Of a DNA stretch of 39,095 nt, positions 11,861 to 23,192 are shown piece after piece. This stretch comes from Hyphochytrium catenoides (lineage: Eukaryota; Protista; Hyphochytriomycota), in contig FLMG01002282.1 of the NCBI GenBank assembly GCA_900088475.1, positions 1 to 39,095 of the forward strand, read 5' to 3'. Numbering within the stretch: the stretch's first letter is position 1; every line of letters begins with the position of its first letter. Position numbers and translations under genes: made by a program. The notes under the pieces are model-generated. The model saw nothing but the letters and a program-made list of their open reading frames with translations, had not been told where the DNA came from and did not search any database.

Positions 11861-14732
11861 GCAGTCAAGCTGGGCAGCCCTAACGTCATGGCGGCTACCA
11901 CGCACACTTAGCAGATCTTGACTAGCTGCTGTTTACTATGCCTGACCTTCACCGTCATCAAACATCAATCTTGGTTGCTATAGAGGTGCAAAGGATGCAA
12001 GCTGAGAAGGCATGATCAGACTTGGAAGCCGAGGTAGCGGGGAGGGGGAGGTCAGTAGCGGTGGTCCTTTTGCCCTCTTACTTCCTGCCGATTGCTTATG
12101 AGGTTGGAGCTGTTGCTCGCCCACCATAGCTGCCCATTATCAAGGATGGTGCAGTCGAACATGCTAGAGAAAGGAGGCCGAAGTAAGAGCAATGCAGCGT
12201 TACCCTCAGTAACGCTTGTCTTCTTCTTTCGACCTCTCTCCCGCCAGCATCGCGGTGCCTATCTGCATGTCTCCTGTCATCCTGCCCACCATTACCCACG
12301 GTCTTCCAGGGTCTTCGTTCAATCCGTCTATGTCAAGTTCCTTCTTCTTCGTCATCCAGAGAACAAGCTGGCCGCAGGAGAGGCTGCAAGACGGCACTTT
12401 AATAAAAGTCTGACTTAAGGACAGCAAATGTAGGATGATAGTGCTACTCTTATGTACTTGCACACTGTTGGCACCTATCCCTCTGTGAGTCAAAGGAAAA
12501 ACAAAATGGAGCCTGCACCAGTGGGAATGTAATCGAAAACGCGCAGTCTTTCTCTCCTAAACTAGCTGATGAGGGCCCCTTCTCTCCTCCTTCTCTTCGT
12601 CAAGTGGCCAGATAGGTAGGATTCTTGTTTGACGTACGCCCTTTCCCCACTTACCGCCAGCTGCCCTTTGCTTCAACTTCCTTCTCCAGCTGGCTCCTGA
12701 TCATGGCGGAAGAGAGTGAAGAGGACAAGCTCTACGCGGTGTCATTACCATAGTTGCCCTATGCATATGAATGAAGTAGTACTGCTGCTCTAGGCAGTTT
12801 GAATCAAGGCAAAGGTAGAAGATCTTTATAGATGAGGAGGCGGGCAAAGATCCGTCCTAACCTGACCAAAAGTTCAAGAAGAAGGAGCAGTACGTCTGCC
12901 AGCCAGCTATCATCATGAGCAGGAGGACTATAGCATGGTCGAAATTGATGTTACGACAGGAGGAGCATGGGACGAAGGCCAGGGTCTTTCTATTCTCTCC
13001 TCCAGAGAAAAAGGGATGAAGCTGGAAGAAAGAAGGAGAGCTTGAGGAGCGAGGTAGTAGGACAGATAAGGCGACAGAGCAGGACAGAGAGACGATGCGT
13101 CCGAGGAATGGCGGGAAAAGATCAGAAGATATTGGTGATGATCCAGGCATCTTCTTCTTCCCTTTGTCATGAACTATAGAACTACAGCTTTATTCCTCTT
13201 CTTTCAAGCACTACTGCCGTCCTTGAACTTTCACTGCACTACTGCAGACCTCCATCTACCTTATAAAGGTAGGCTCTTCACTTACTACTGAGGGAGAGGA
13301 GATCTTCCTCTCCTGAGCTCTCCTGATAATAATAACGCATCTTCTCGCACTGTCACTGTCACATTCTTCCTTCTTCCTGTTGCTTATTTAGTTCTACCCG
13401 CTTAGCTCTTCCTCAGCAGCCAAGATTAGAAGACGTTGCAAAGTGAAGATCGATATTGGACGTGGAAGTGTAGCACAGAGGCAACACAAAGATCTTGGAC
13501 ATAAAGCATAGAATAGTTTTCCAGTCTTTGCGCTGCTCAGGCATGGTCTCACTCAGTCACTCTTTCTCTCACTTGTGACTCCTCCTCCTTCTATTATTAT
13601 CTGCTGCCTTACACTCATAGAAAGACATCTCGTTCTTCTCCTTTCTCTCCTTCTTTCTTCTTCCCTCGTCATCGTTTGGCGTCACTTTCCTCATACTAGT
13701 CAGAGAAGATTGTGCTTGACGACCAGCTGGCACTTCTTCCCTTCTGCGACCACAGTTTATCCACCTTATCTTTCTCTCTCCCTCCTCCTAATAAGGTTAG
13801 TAACAGGTTCCCTGCCTCTTCAACCATAGCAGAAGAAGAGAGAGCTAGTCTCCTCTACATAGAAAATGTTAGTTCTCTCCTCTGTCTTCCCGTCTTCTTC
13901 TTCGCCTTAACTCTAGGATATATCCTTCTTCCTGACGACAGCCCATCTCTGCTTTCCTTCTCCTTCTATAGGAACTTCTCTTGATTCTTTCCTTTCCCTC
14001 TCTCCTCTCTCTCATCTCAAGTTGATGGCCCAGATCACCTTCCTCCTCCTCATCTTCACCCCTAACTATTAACTATGAAGAGCTCTATGCAAGCAAGCAA
14101 GTCAGAGTTGCACTTGAAGTTGCAGAAGAAGGCTTTCCTCCTTGACTGCTGTCCGCCCGTCGTATCATCTCTGGACAAGAAGGTGGTCCTATTCTAGACA
14201 AGGGATATTACTACGGAGTATTAACATTAGTGGATCCCATAGATGGCCGTCCGCGCACTACTACTAGACCAGCAACCCTGTCATCAGTCATCAACCTCCG
14301 TCCGCCCATGCTGTTCCTTCCTCTCTCACGTTCTCCTCCCTCTTTCTCTTCCACTTTCTGTTTATCCCTAGGAAGGCTGGCTTCACCACTCTCTCCTTTT
14401 GCTTGTTGACCTGATTGAGTCTGTCGGTACATGATCCTTACTAGCAGCAGAACCACCACGGTGCACTGCTTTAGCTTGCCTTTCTCACGCAGGCTATCAT
14501 CGCTCGTCTTTGCCTGCTCCCTACTTCCGTTTCTCTTCCTCCTCTTGCTGCTGCGGCCCCCTTCGTCTTGCTGATGCCCACCTTTAGAAGTCATCACTGC
14601 CTTCCTCTAACTCTCTCTCCCCAGTCTTTCCTCTCTCTCCGCTTTAGTAGTCGTAGCTCACTCTTCCCTTTCGAGGGCTGGCCCCCTCCTTCTTTGAGCT
14701 GGTCGGGATCTTTGCTGCTTATCCTTCTCCCA

Positions 14733-15089
14733 GCTTCCTTAGTCGCTCCTCTTGCCTCCTCTTGCCTTGACTTCTTTACCGTAGAATAGTTCTACGACTT
14801 CCGAGCCAAGATAATCGGGGAACTCTTCTTCACAGTGCTCGCTGCTTGCCAATTTGACTTCAGATCTGCTGCTAAGTTCCTCATTGCTATCAGCAGCATG
14901 ATCTCTGCCGAGTTGCCTTAGACAGTAGGAAAAGACAACCCTGACGCCGAGCCCAAGAAAGATGCACGTTATCCCAGCAAATCTCTTTCCTTCATCGTCC
15001 GTCGTCGTGGTAGACGTTAGGCATGCTTTGGCACCGCGTTATCTGTATAGAACGGGTCTTTATTGTTCCATCAGAGGCCTCCCCAATAA
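14733..15089 (+). pseudogene. Decayed coding fragment of unknown family (four in-frame TAG)
   Basis: After a pyrimidine tract ending cttctcccag: ...CLDFFTVE*FYDFRAKIIGELFFTVLAACQFDFRSAAKFLIAISSMISAELP*TVGKDNPDAEPKKDARYP... with many C-ending codons. TAG at 14787, 14919, 15018 and 15048. Confidence 0.4.
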
Positions 15090-16241
15090 TGACTCTAAGG
15101 CCCCAGCTTGATTGAGCTGATTGACTTGTCCCAGTAAGAATAGGCTGATCGCTAAGATGAGTAGGAGTAAACAACTGGCAAAGGAAGAACCATTAACAGC
15201 AGCAGCAGACGGACTAGTAGCTTCTTTGCCTGCTTTCAATGCGGGGATAACAGGATAGTAGGACCTGGTGCTGTCCACTCCTTCAGCTCATGAAGTCTCT
15301 TAGGCTAAGCTTTATAATAAGCTATATCGCCGACCTAAAAGTCTATCTATGTCACCCAGCAAGACCTCGTCTCCTGGCAGAAGAAGAAAGCATAGGCGGC
15401 AGTGTGGGCTCTCCTAAGCCTGATACTTCCTTCACCCACCCCTCCTGCTATCCATCATATTCTCTTCTAACAGCCATCAAGAAAATGCTCATTTACCCTA
15501 GCCGCAGCTGCTCATCAAGCAGCCAAAGGAGTCTGTAATGATGATGCGTATAGAAGTGACATAACAACATAAAGGCGAGAGACCACGCTGATCCTCTGGC
15601 TGGTGATAAGCATGTCCAGTCCCACGTCATGGACACCTTGAAGAGTACTAGATGGGGAGGATGGACGCTTTCCACAACGGTCTCAGACATCTTGTCGATT
15701 AGTCATCATGAAGGATTGCTTGCAACGCATTCGTTTTCTAATAAAAGAACCGCTTGGGCTGAACTAAGTGTGTGGTAGATATCATCAATAAAGAGGGATC
15801 AGCGTACTCCATCCTGGCGCTAAGGGAGCGTCAAACTCATGATCATCCAAACAAGGTGGGCGTGGAGACAAGGTCGGGGCCACAGCCTCTTCGACTTGAC
15901 TGTAGTACTTCCGCTGGTTTGGCGAACAGAGAGACGAGGCCGACGTCTTTCATATCGCCGTCCGTTTCCTGGGCTGGTCTTTCTTGGCAAATGAATAGTA
16001 GAAGGAGGTGCTCGCCATCATGTACAGTCAGCTGCCCCAACCTAGATAAGACCCTATCTATCTTGGACTGGTGGTCATGCTGCGGCGGATATGATTAGTC
16101 ATAACGCCAGGGCTTTCTATGCATCTTCATGATAGCGGGTCGAAGCGGAGAACAAGAGGGGAAACCATGATCTTGAAAGTGACCATTGGCTGGTCCGTCG
16201 GCAACTAAGTGATCATGCGAGCAAGCTTATCAGCTTTTCCT

Positions 16242-16247
16242 TTTATT
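16242..16247 (-). promoter_or_regulatory. Candidate AATAAA polyadenylation signal of lipase B
   Basis: Minus-strand AATAAA about 200 nt past the stop. Equivalent hexamers follow the transporter (630-635), the secreted protein (22089-22094) and the esterase (25840-25845). Confidence 0.5.
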
Positions 16248-16448
16248 AGAAAAATTGGATGTAATAATAGACTGACACCCAAGAAGAAAGTCACAAGAGT
16301 TGGGGAGCGACTCTACAGACAACAATGACGGCCCAACGAACAAGGGCGAGAGAGAAGAAAAGGGTAGAACGAAGGCGAACTGATAGCAAAAGAAGTATTG
16401 CCTCGTAGGTGGTGGTGAACGTTAGCATGTTGCCACATTCCCTCCTCA

Positions 16449-17402
16449 TCAGTATGCCGCGATATACTTATCAGGGATATGGTCGAGCAGGTTCAAGCTG
16501 CCAAGGATGTTGGTGGGGAAGTCATCTACCACTGAGAGGACTCCACCGTCCGTGAGACGGAAAGGTGTTCCCCAGTGTTCATAGTCAAAGAAAGGCAGTC
16601 GAGGAGGAATGCTTGGCACCAAGTCCTGACGGTTGACGAAACGATACTTCTGGATGCTCTCTTTCATGGATCCGATTGAGATAGAGGACGATGGATCCTT
16701 GTCAATGAGGGACCGAGGTTCCCCGTAGGTGTAGATGGCGAGGTAGCTGGACTTTTGCTCTCGAAGGCGAGAGAAATCATACTTCTTGCTGCCGCTTCTG
16801 TCCAAGTCGAGAGACGCGTCCTTTGAAAAGTGAATGCCTGTCATCACTGCCAGAGCTGCACCGCGAGAGTGGCCAGTGACAATTAGCTTTTGGTTAGGGC
16901 TTTGATTGAGACACTTCTGCACATCTTCAATGAAGCTCGTATGGGAGCGGAAGGCATTGTACGCCTCCTTGAAACCATTGTGAGTATAAGCCATAACAGT
17001 CCCATCCTTGGCCTGGAAAGGTCCCCAAGTGATGTCCATATTTCCCAGGTTCCCAAGCCAGTCCTTGCCCAGAAGATTATCAGTCCCTCTGTAGGCCACT
17101 ACGCAGACATCACCAGCCTGAGCAGTGAAGGCAAAGTCATTGCCTAGCTTATAGGGGGCTGTGAGCGTATACCCGGTGCCAGAGATGTCCACACGAAAGT
17201 TGGGGATGCCCAAGAAGCTCACGAGAGGGCCCAGTACACCATAAGCCTTCAAAGAAAGCACCGCCATGTCATGAGCCAACGTCTTATTGTACGCAGCAGC
17301 GCTGATTATGGGCGCTTGGACAGAGAGTAACAACGCTGCCAACCCGATGGCTCCCAACAGTTGGACGCCGCTGTTGGCGGAAGACGAAGACCTTGGAGCC
17401 AT
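16449..17402 (-). CDS. Secreted class-3 (Lipase_3) lipase, 317 aa, intronless; paralog B
   Basis: First ATG at 17402 (actATG) followed by hydrophobic VQLLGAIGLAALLLSVQAPIISA. Motifs: VVAYRGT, DWLGN, THNGF, GHSRGA, YTYGEPR, RFVNRQDLVP, YEHWG, LDHIPDKY. Colinear with the 10307-11215 protein along the whole mature length. TGA stop. Confidence 0.92.
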   Translation of the reverse strand: MAPRSSSSANSGVQLLGAIGLAALLLSVQAPIISAAAYNKTLAHDMAVLSLKAYGVLGPLVSFLGIPNFRVDISGTGYTLTAPYKLGNDFAFTAQAGDVCVVAYRGTDNLLGKDWLGNLGNMDITWGPFQAKDGTVMAYTHNGFKEAYNAFRSHTSFIEDVQKCLNQSPNQKLIVTGHSRGAALAVMTGIHFSKDASLDLDRSGSKKYDFSRLREQKSSYLAIYTYGEPRSLIDKDPSSSISIGSMKESIQKYRFVNRQDLVPSIPPRLPFFDYEHWGTPFRLTDGGVLSVVDDFPTNILGSLNLLDHIPDKYIAAY

Positions 17403-19544
17403 AGTGATCCGAATTGGAGTCCAGATGTAATGGTAGTGGTAGTCTTCTGTCAACTTCGAATGAGTCTCCCTTGCTTTCGTCACTGAGTTATTGCGGCAGT
17501 ATCTCACTACGCGTCGCCACTGTGGGACTTGTGCGGCGCTGTGGAGATGTGTAAGTGAGGTTTGAACGATGCACTTTGGAGGTATCAGTTTGACCGATTA
17601 ACCTCGTCAGGGCATGGATATGTTCCTTCCAATTCCTTTGGCAGATTGACCTCTTCCAGTATGAGAACAAACCAGCGAGCATGTAAGCAAGCAAGCAAGG
17701 ACGCACCACGCTTAAGAGGGCGGGGCGCTAAGAGGAGGATTCTGTAACAGGTGTGTTGAGTCATGCTATTTATTATCCTCATATCGGAGAAAGCCAAGGG
17801 ATAGGAGGCGAAGGTGGAGCTTGAACAGGCAATATCTGTCCGACTAGAACTAGACTTTATAGCTCTGAACGTTGAGATCTTCTCAGGTCGAGTGCCTAAT
17901 AACTATCGCCTTTACTTCCTGCTGACGCCCTGACCGTCAGCAGCCGCAAAAGTCAAGCGTCACCTCTGACAACCATGTCGAGACAGGCTTGTCAAGCTCC
18001 TTCGCATGCAGGTTTGCTATCGTATCTCCGGCATCCTTCGAATCTTACTTTCATCCCATCTCCATTATAACTTCATCATCATGATGATGGCCACCAACAA
18101 TACGTCAAACGGTGCGCCGTCATTTGAAAAAGCCAATTGGAAGAGTCACAGCCCAGTGCTACCTTAAATGTCACTTCTGTCTAAAAGCAAGAGATGCGGT
18201 TGTCTGCACTATCAGTCAGTTAGAGACGTGGAGAAAGGCTGAGAATTGTCTGCGCTTAGTAGATGTGATGTGGGTAACCACCATGCTAGCTCGCCTTATT
18301 CAGGCTGGACGGTGAATGTCGGGTTGATGGAGCATTCGTGGACTCTTTGTCAGTCCTTGTCATTACTCAGAGAGTATCCGTCTTTGACTTCACGGCACGC
18401 ACATCAATGGACAATGACAAGCAGGCGTCGACACATGGCAAGCAGGATGCTTGGTTCGAAAGCATAACGCAACGTCTAGTAGGATAAGTCAAGCCTAAAA
18501 CAGAGTCCCTGCCTCGTCTGATAGAGTCGTTTCGATGCCAGCACGCTAGTTCTTCGCTTGTCGGTGGAGCACCACGATTCCGGACACAAGGGGCACGGTC
18601 AAGGATAGAGAATAACTACAATCTGCCTCATCATTCTCGATGGCAGGTCTAAGCTCCTTGTTCGTCATTCATTAATACAATGCGCACTCCGTCCATATCA
18701 ATAGCTCTCTTCAAGAATCCACTCTCTGGCTGTTTCTTGAGAGAGATTGTTCTTTCCATTGACATGTGCAAAAGGTAGTAGGCTTTGCTGCTTTGCGGCT
18801 CACATCCATAGTGCCACCTCGAAGTTGTCATGGCCTCTCCACTCCGCGGGCCGAAGAATGGTAGAGTCATCTGTGAGAGCGTCATCACCATGTAAACCTC
18901 CATTAGCGCCCAAAGAATCGGCAACAAGAATGGAAGAGACGTTGCGAACAAGAGGAAGAGAAGTGTGGACGTAGAGGGTACAAGAGAGAGTCATAGCAAC
19001 AAGAATGGCCCTAGCGCTCAATCGCCATGGTGAAGGATCCTCCGAAGTAATAAGCAGCAGAAGAATGGCAAACTTTGGCATCGGCCTCAGCAAGTTATAG
19101 CAATCCTCCTTCTTGCTAGACTGTCTCATCAGCACACCTTCCCCTCAGTCTTTCCTCTGCTACAGATGTAAACGGAGGCCTGACCCGATCAGCCGCCTAT
19201 TTTTATATGTAGTGGCGTTGTGGCTAGTGCATGCTGCTGCTTACTGCTCACCACTCGTGGAAGAAGAGGAGGAAGTAAGCACCACCATTGAAAGTACTCC
19301 TTCTGCGCCTTCCTTGTTATGTTGCTTGCTTTTACTACAACCTGCTTGAAAGACTGACGACAGGAGAGCAAAAGAGATGATGCGCGAAGAAGCCGAGCAT
19401 CAGCACCATTGCGAAGATAAAAGAAGAAGATTACAAAGAGCGAGCGTTCTTCAGTAGCAGCAGAGATGATGGTACTGGTGATGGAGGAGGAGGAAATGGC
19501 GGAAGAGAGACGATGAGGAAACGAAAAGGAGTTCAATGAACATG

Positions 19545-19607
19545 CTCTTCTCTCTCTCTCTTTCTCACTCTCTCTCTCTCTCACTCTCTCTCTCTCTCTC
19601 TCTCTCC
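19545..19607 (+). repeat. (CT)n microsatellite, imperfect
   Basis: Directly visible ctctct run with few interruptions. Confidence 0.92.
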
Positions 19608-20949
19608 TCGTTCCTCTCTTCTGTTATCCTCTTCCTTGGAAAGGGGCCGTCATCCTCACTCGGTCGCCCCTGGTGATCTGGTGATTGACCATCATCCGAG
19701 GCGATAACAGTGGACCACATCTTTTGGACAAGAGACATTCCTCTTTCCTCCAAAATGCATAGTAAACGACTTCCCAGCGTTATTAGTCAAGTAATATTAG
19801 GACATAAGCAGTCTTACTACGTCCCACTCGCCCTCGTCACGTGAGGCCACCTCGGGCTGAGCTTTATAAATGAGAAGAAGATGCGACACCTCCTCCTGTT
19901 GATGATGTGCGTCCTACCTCATTTTGGCCTGGTGCAGGAGGGTGATGTTGACACAAGGATCGATCATCCATTATGATGGTGGAAGGTGGACTAGAAGGAA
20001 GAAAGAAGGTCCCGGACTTGAAGTTGACGATGCCGAGTTACATAATAATAACAGGCTGCTGATGAACGACCGGCAAGGAAGAAGGATTGATAAACGGAAA
20101 GAAGAACAAGAAGAAAAGGATTGCTCCGGGCTTCTCCTCTTTCTTCTTCTCTCGTTGGCGGAAGAGTCCTCTTCTATCTTGCTGCCTCCTCTTCCTCCTT
20201 CCTGTCCCACCACGCTTTAGCCAGCAAAGCCAGCCACATCGTTGGAAGTGCGCGGCCCTATCCTATTACGTTGCTTCGTCCTCCTCCTTCTTCCTGCTTA
20301 GGGACTATCACTACTCAATCATGACGAATGTTGCATCAATATTAAGTGATTGTCACCCTTCACGATCACTCCTTCAGCCATCGTCATCACTCCGCTGCTG
20401 AGGAAAGATACCATGTAATAGGTAAGAAGCCTCAGGCCGAGCGGCCTCCATGATGATGAAGAGAACACAACCAGAGTAATAAGGGAAGAGTGTGAGACCA
20501 TGCACTAGGAACGCGGGACGAAGAGCAGAACTAGAGCGAAAGGGCTAATCCTTCTTGTTGTTGAGACGTTATCCATCGGAGAAGAAGAAGAAGGCAAGTC
20601 AAGACCAACTTGACTTCGGGGCAAAGAGCTGCAGTAATTGCAAAAAACTACTTCTCAAGTAGCTATCATCATCTTCTTTCTAAATTCTCCTTCTTTTGGT
20701 GACGTCGTCTGCCTCTCTTCATCTTGTGGTCACCCAGAGAGAATGACCATGCAGCAGATGTACTACGCCGCTACCTCTATCTGGCGCCAGCATCTTTTAG
20801 TCTGATGATGCTACGCAAAGCTCTGCCCTGGTTACATTTACGTACCCTTTGTCAGTCATGCCGTCATGCCCTGGTGTCTGGACAAACATATGGACTGGAC
20901 ATTTGTTGACAAGTGCAAATCATGGCCATCTTGTGAGAGCCGTGTCAGG

Positions 20950-21549
20950 TGATCATGGTGATGACGGAGCTCCGTCATAGCTTTCCCTCCAGCTACTTGA
21001 TGGTGGGAATCTGTTTGTTGATGACACACAGCAGGCCAAGGGCTGAATCGCACGACGCAATGGTTGGATGATAATGGGCATCTTTCGGTAGGACCACAAT
21101 GACGCCAACGCCTTCGTGCAGCAGCAAAAGAGGGCATGATTTGCGAGCCCATTGCAGCGGTCGACCTGTCCCGCTAACTTTTCCATGATTAGCATCTGTT
21201 GCGTGGTGCGGTCACCCGTACCATCACCATATTCTCAGCTACAATATAGAGAGGGGAGGAGATGCCAACTAATTAAAGCAAGTTTAGTCCATCGACAGGA
21301 ACACATAGGCCGCCTGAGGGCCGGTAGCATTTGCCCTTCTTCTCGTCCCTTTAACGATAAAGAGCGGTGCTTTCCTAACCTGCGCAGCAGTCTGGGCCAG
21401 AACCCTTATCGTAGTTCTCCCACTCGTACAACAAGTGTAAAGCCAGCGTTATGGTACTCAGTGCCATCAGGCTTCACGTGCATTGAGGCTAGCGAACCTT
21501 GCGGTAGAGGATCGATAAGGCCACGAAGAAGGTATATAGCCTCCTTATG
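20950..21549 (-). pseudogene. Decayed two-exon gene remnant with an apparently intact 141-nt intron (21239-21379)
   Basis: HKEAIYLLRGLIDPLPQGSLASMHVKPDGTEYHNAGFTLVVRVGELR*GFWPRLLR, then AG|GTTAGG ... ctcccctctctatattgtag|C (phase-compatible), then S*EYGDGTGDRTTQQMLIMEKLAGQVDR. After an apparent frameshift: LLLLHEGVGVIVVLPKDAHYHP...IK*LEGKL*. Confidence 0.4.
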
Positions 21550-22127
21550 TCAACAGAGGGGCCGATAAAGTATGAATAAAGGGCTCTATTCTTCACACCA
21601 ATTGCCACCAGTACAGCTCTTCACTTGTAGCAGTAGAACCTAAAATATATTGCCTCATCCATCATCATCGCAGATTGCAGTGGAAGCTTGTCTGCTGCTG
21701 TTTCCAAGTCTTAGCCTCACCACTGGGTCACTTAACGTATCCTCACCCTCTTCCTCCTCCCAATCCATCTGCTCCTCCTCATCTGACTGACCTGCATATT
21801 TTGACTCGGCCGGTTATTAATGCGGCCCCATTAAGAGTCGTAGAATCCACAGCTTCTGGGAAACAAAAAGAATTGCTTGGTGGCAGGTTTAGCTACGGTT
21901 TAGAGGCTCCGTCGCGGTGATGATGCTGAGTTGGATGTCGAACGGCAGATGAAGGCGTTGGCCGCGACAGCCAGATCACTCACCTTGTGATAAAGAGAGC
22001 CGTGGAAGTGCTCCATGCATTACCAGCTGACAGACCTATAACAGATCTCACTCGACATCGACTCTCTCTAGCAACGAAAGGACCAATATTTATTAAGGAA
22101 ATTTGGACAGAGTGCCCGTTAAGAGTT

Positions 22128-23192
22128 TTATAGCAGCGGGTCTTGCTGTAAGAGGAGCAAGTAGTACTGCATAAGAGCTCCGAAGAGCTCTCTTTGCTTT
22201 GGAAAGCGCTGGCATGCTTTGATTCCTTCCTTCACCTCCATTGCAACCGAGACGTCCACGTCGTACTTGCCAAGAAGGGTGAAGGTTCCCTGTGGAGATA
22301 CCGATATGGTGTCTCCTTTCTTGATCTTAACGAAATACTCGGGACTGGCAACGAGATTGTAGGGAAATTCAAGTGAGAGACGGCTCATATCCATCGGGGC
22401 GGTACCAAAAATCCAGAACCAGTCAGGGTCCGCAGAACATTCAGGGCAGTGAGATTTGACAACGCTTCCCATGTCTTTCAGGAGGTTCCAATTTTTATCC
22501 AAGAAGGCCTTCAACTCAGGTCCCACTGTAGCGTTATGAGTTTGCTTGGAGTCACTCTCATAGTCTTTGATCTCTACCAGGTAGGTGTTGGTAGGCTTAT
22601 TACTCTCATCTAGGACAAGGCTGTAAGTGATGGCTTGCTTTTGGAGCTCAAAATAAATCTCGGACGGCCGGACAAGCCTGAAAAGCAACTTCGTCGCGCC
22701 GTTCTCTAAAGCGGTTTTATAGACCCAGCTTCTCTGTTTAAATTTGTCTACCTCTTCACTTGTTGGGACACCAAGAAGGTTGATGTAATGCAGGTACATT
22801 ACTTCAGGCTTGCCGAGAGTCGATGTCACATTGAGAGAAGTGAAGCCCTCTGGACTCCCTTCTTGGCTGTACTGCAAGACAGCCGAAGGCCCAATCTCAG
22901 TGCCCTCAGTGTCATCCAAGTAGCCACCTAATTTTCTTGTGACGTGTAGTGGCGTAAGCTCCTCCGTTTTGCAACTCTGACCTTGCTGTTTGTCCAGGCA
23001 AACGAAGGGAATACCCGCTGGTGATACCTCAACAACAGGAATGCTTGATAAACCTTGGACGTTGGGCTTGACAATTTTTGCATTAACACACGGCCCTGTC
23101 AAGGTAGCAAACTCTTCCGGGGATTCTGTAGCCCTTGCAACAGTAGCTGCTGTGCTAACCAGCATAGCGCATAGCAGGTTGCTAGTACGCAT
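22128..23192 (-). CDS. Hypothetical secreted protein, 354 aa, intronless, family not recognised
   Basis: Long high-complexity ORF, aagATG start, signal-peptide-like MRTSNLLCAMLVSTAATVARA, several Cys (including CPEC), N-glycosylation sequons NVT and NAT, TAA stop, and AATAAA about 35 nt downstream (22089-22094). Confidence 0.82.
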   Translation of the reverse strand: MRTSNLLCAMLVSTAATVARATESPEEFATLTGPCVNAKIVKPNVQGLSSIPVVEVSPAGIPFVCLDKQQGQSCKTEELTPLHVTRKLGGYLDDTEGTEIGPSAVLQYSQEGSPEGFTSLNVTSTLGKPEVMYLHYINLLGVPTSEEVDKFKQRSWVYKTALENGATKLLFRLVRPSEIYFELQKQAITYSLVLDESNKPTNTYLVEIKDYESDSKQTHNATVGPELKAFLDKNWNLLKDMGSVVKSHCPECSADPDWFWIFGTAPMDMSRLSLEFPYNLVASPEYFVKIKKGDTISVSPQGTFTLLGKYDVDVSVAMEVKEGIKACQRFPKQRELFGALMQYYLLLLQQDPLL

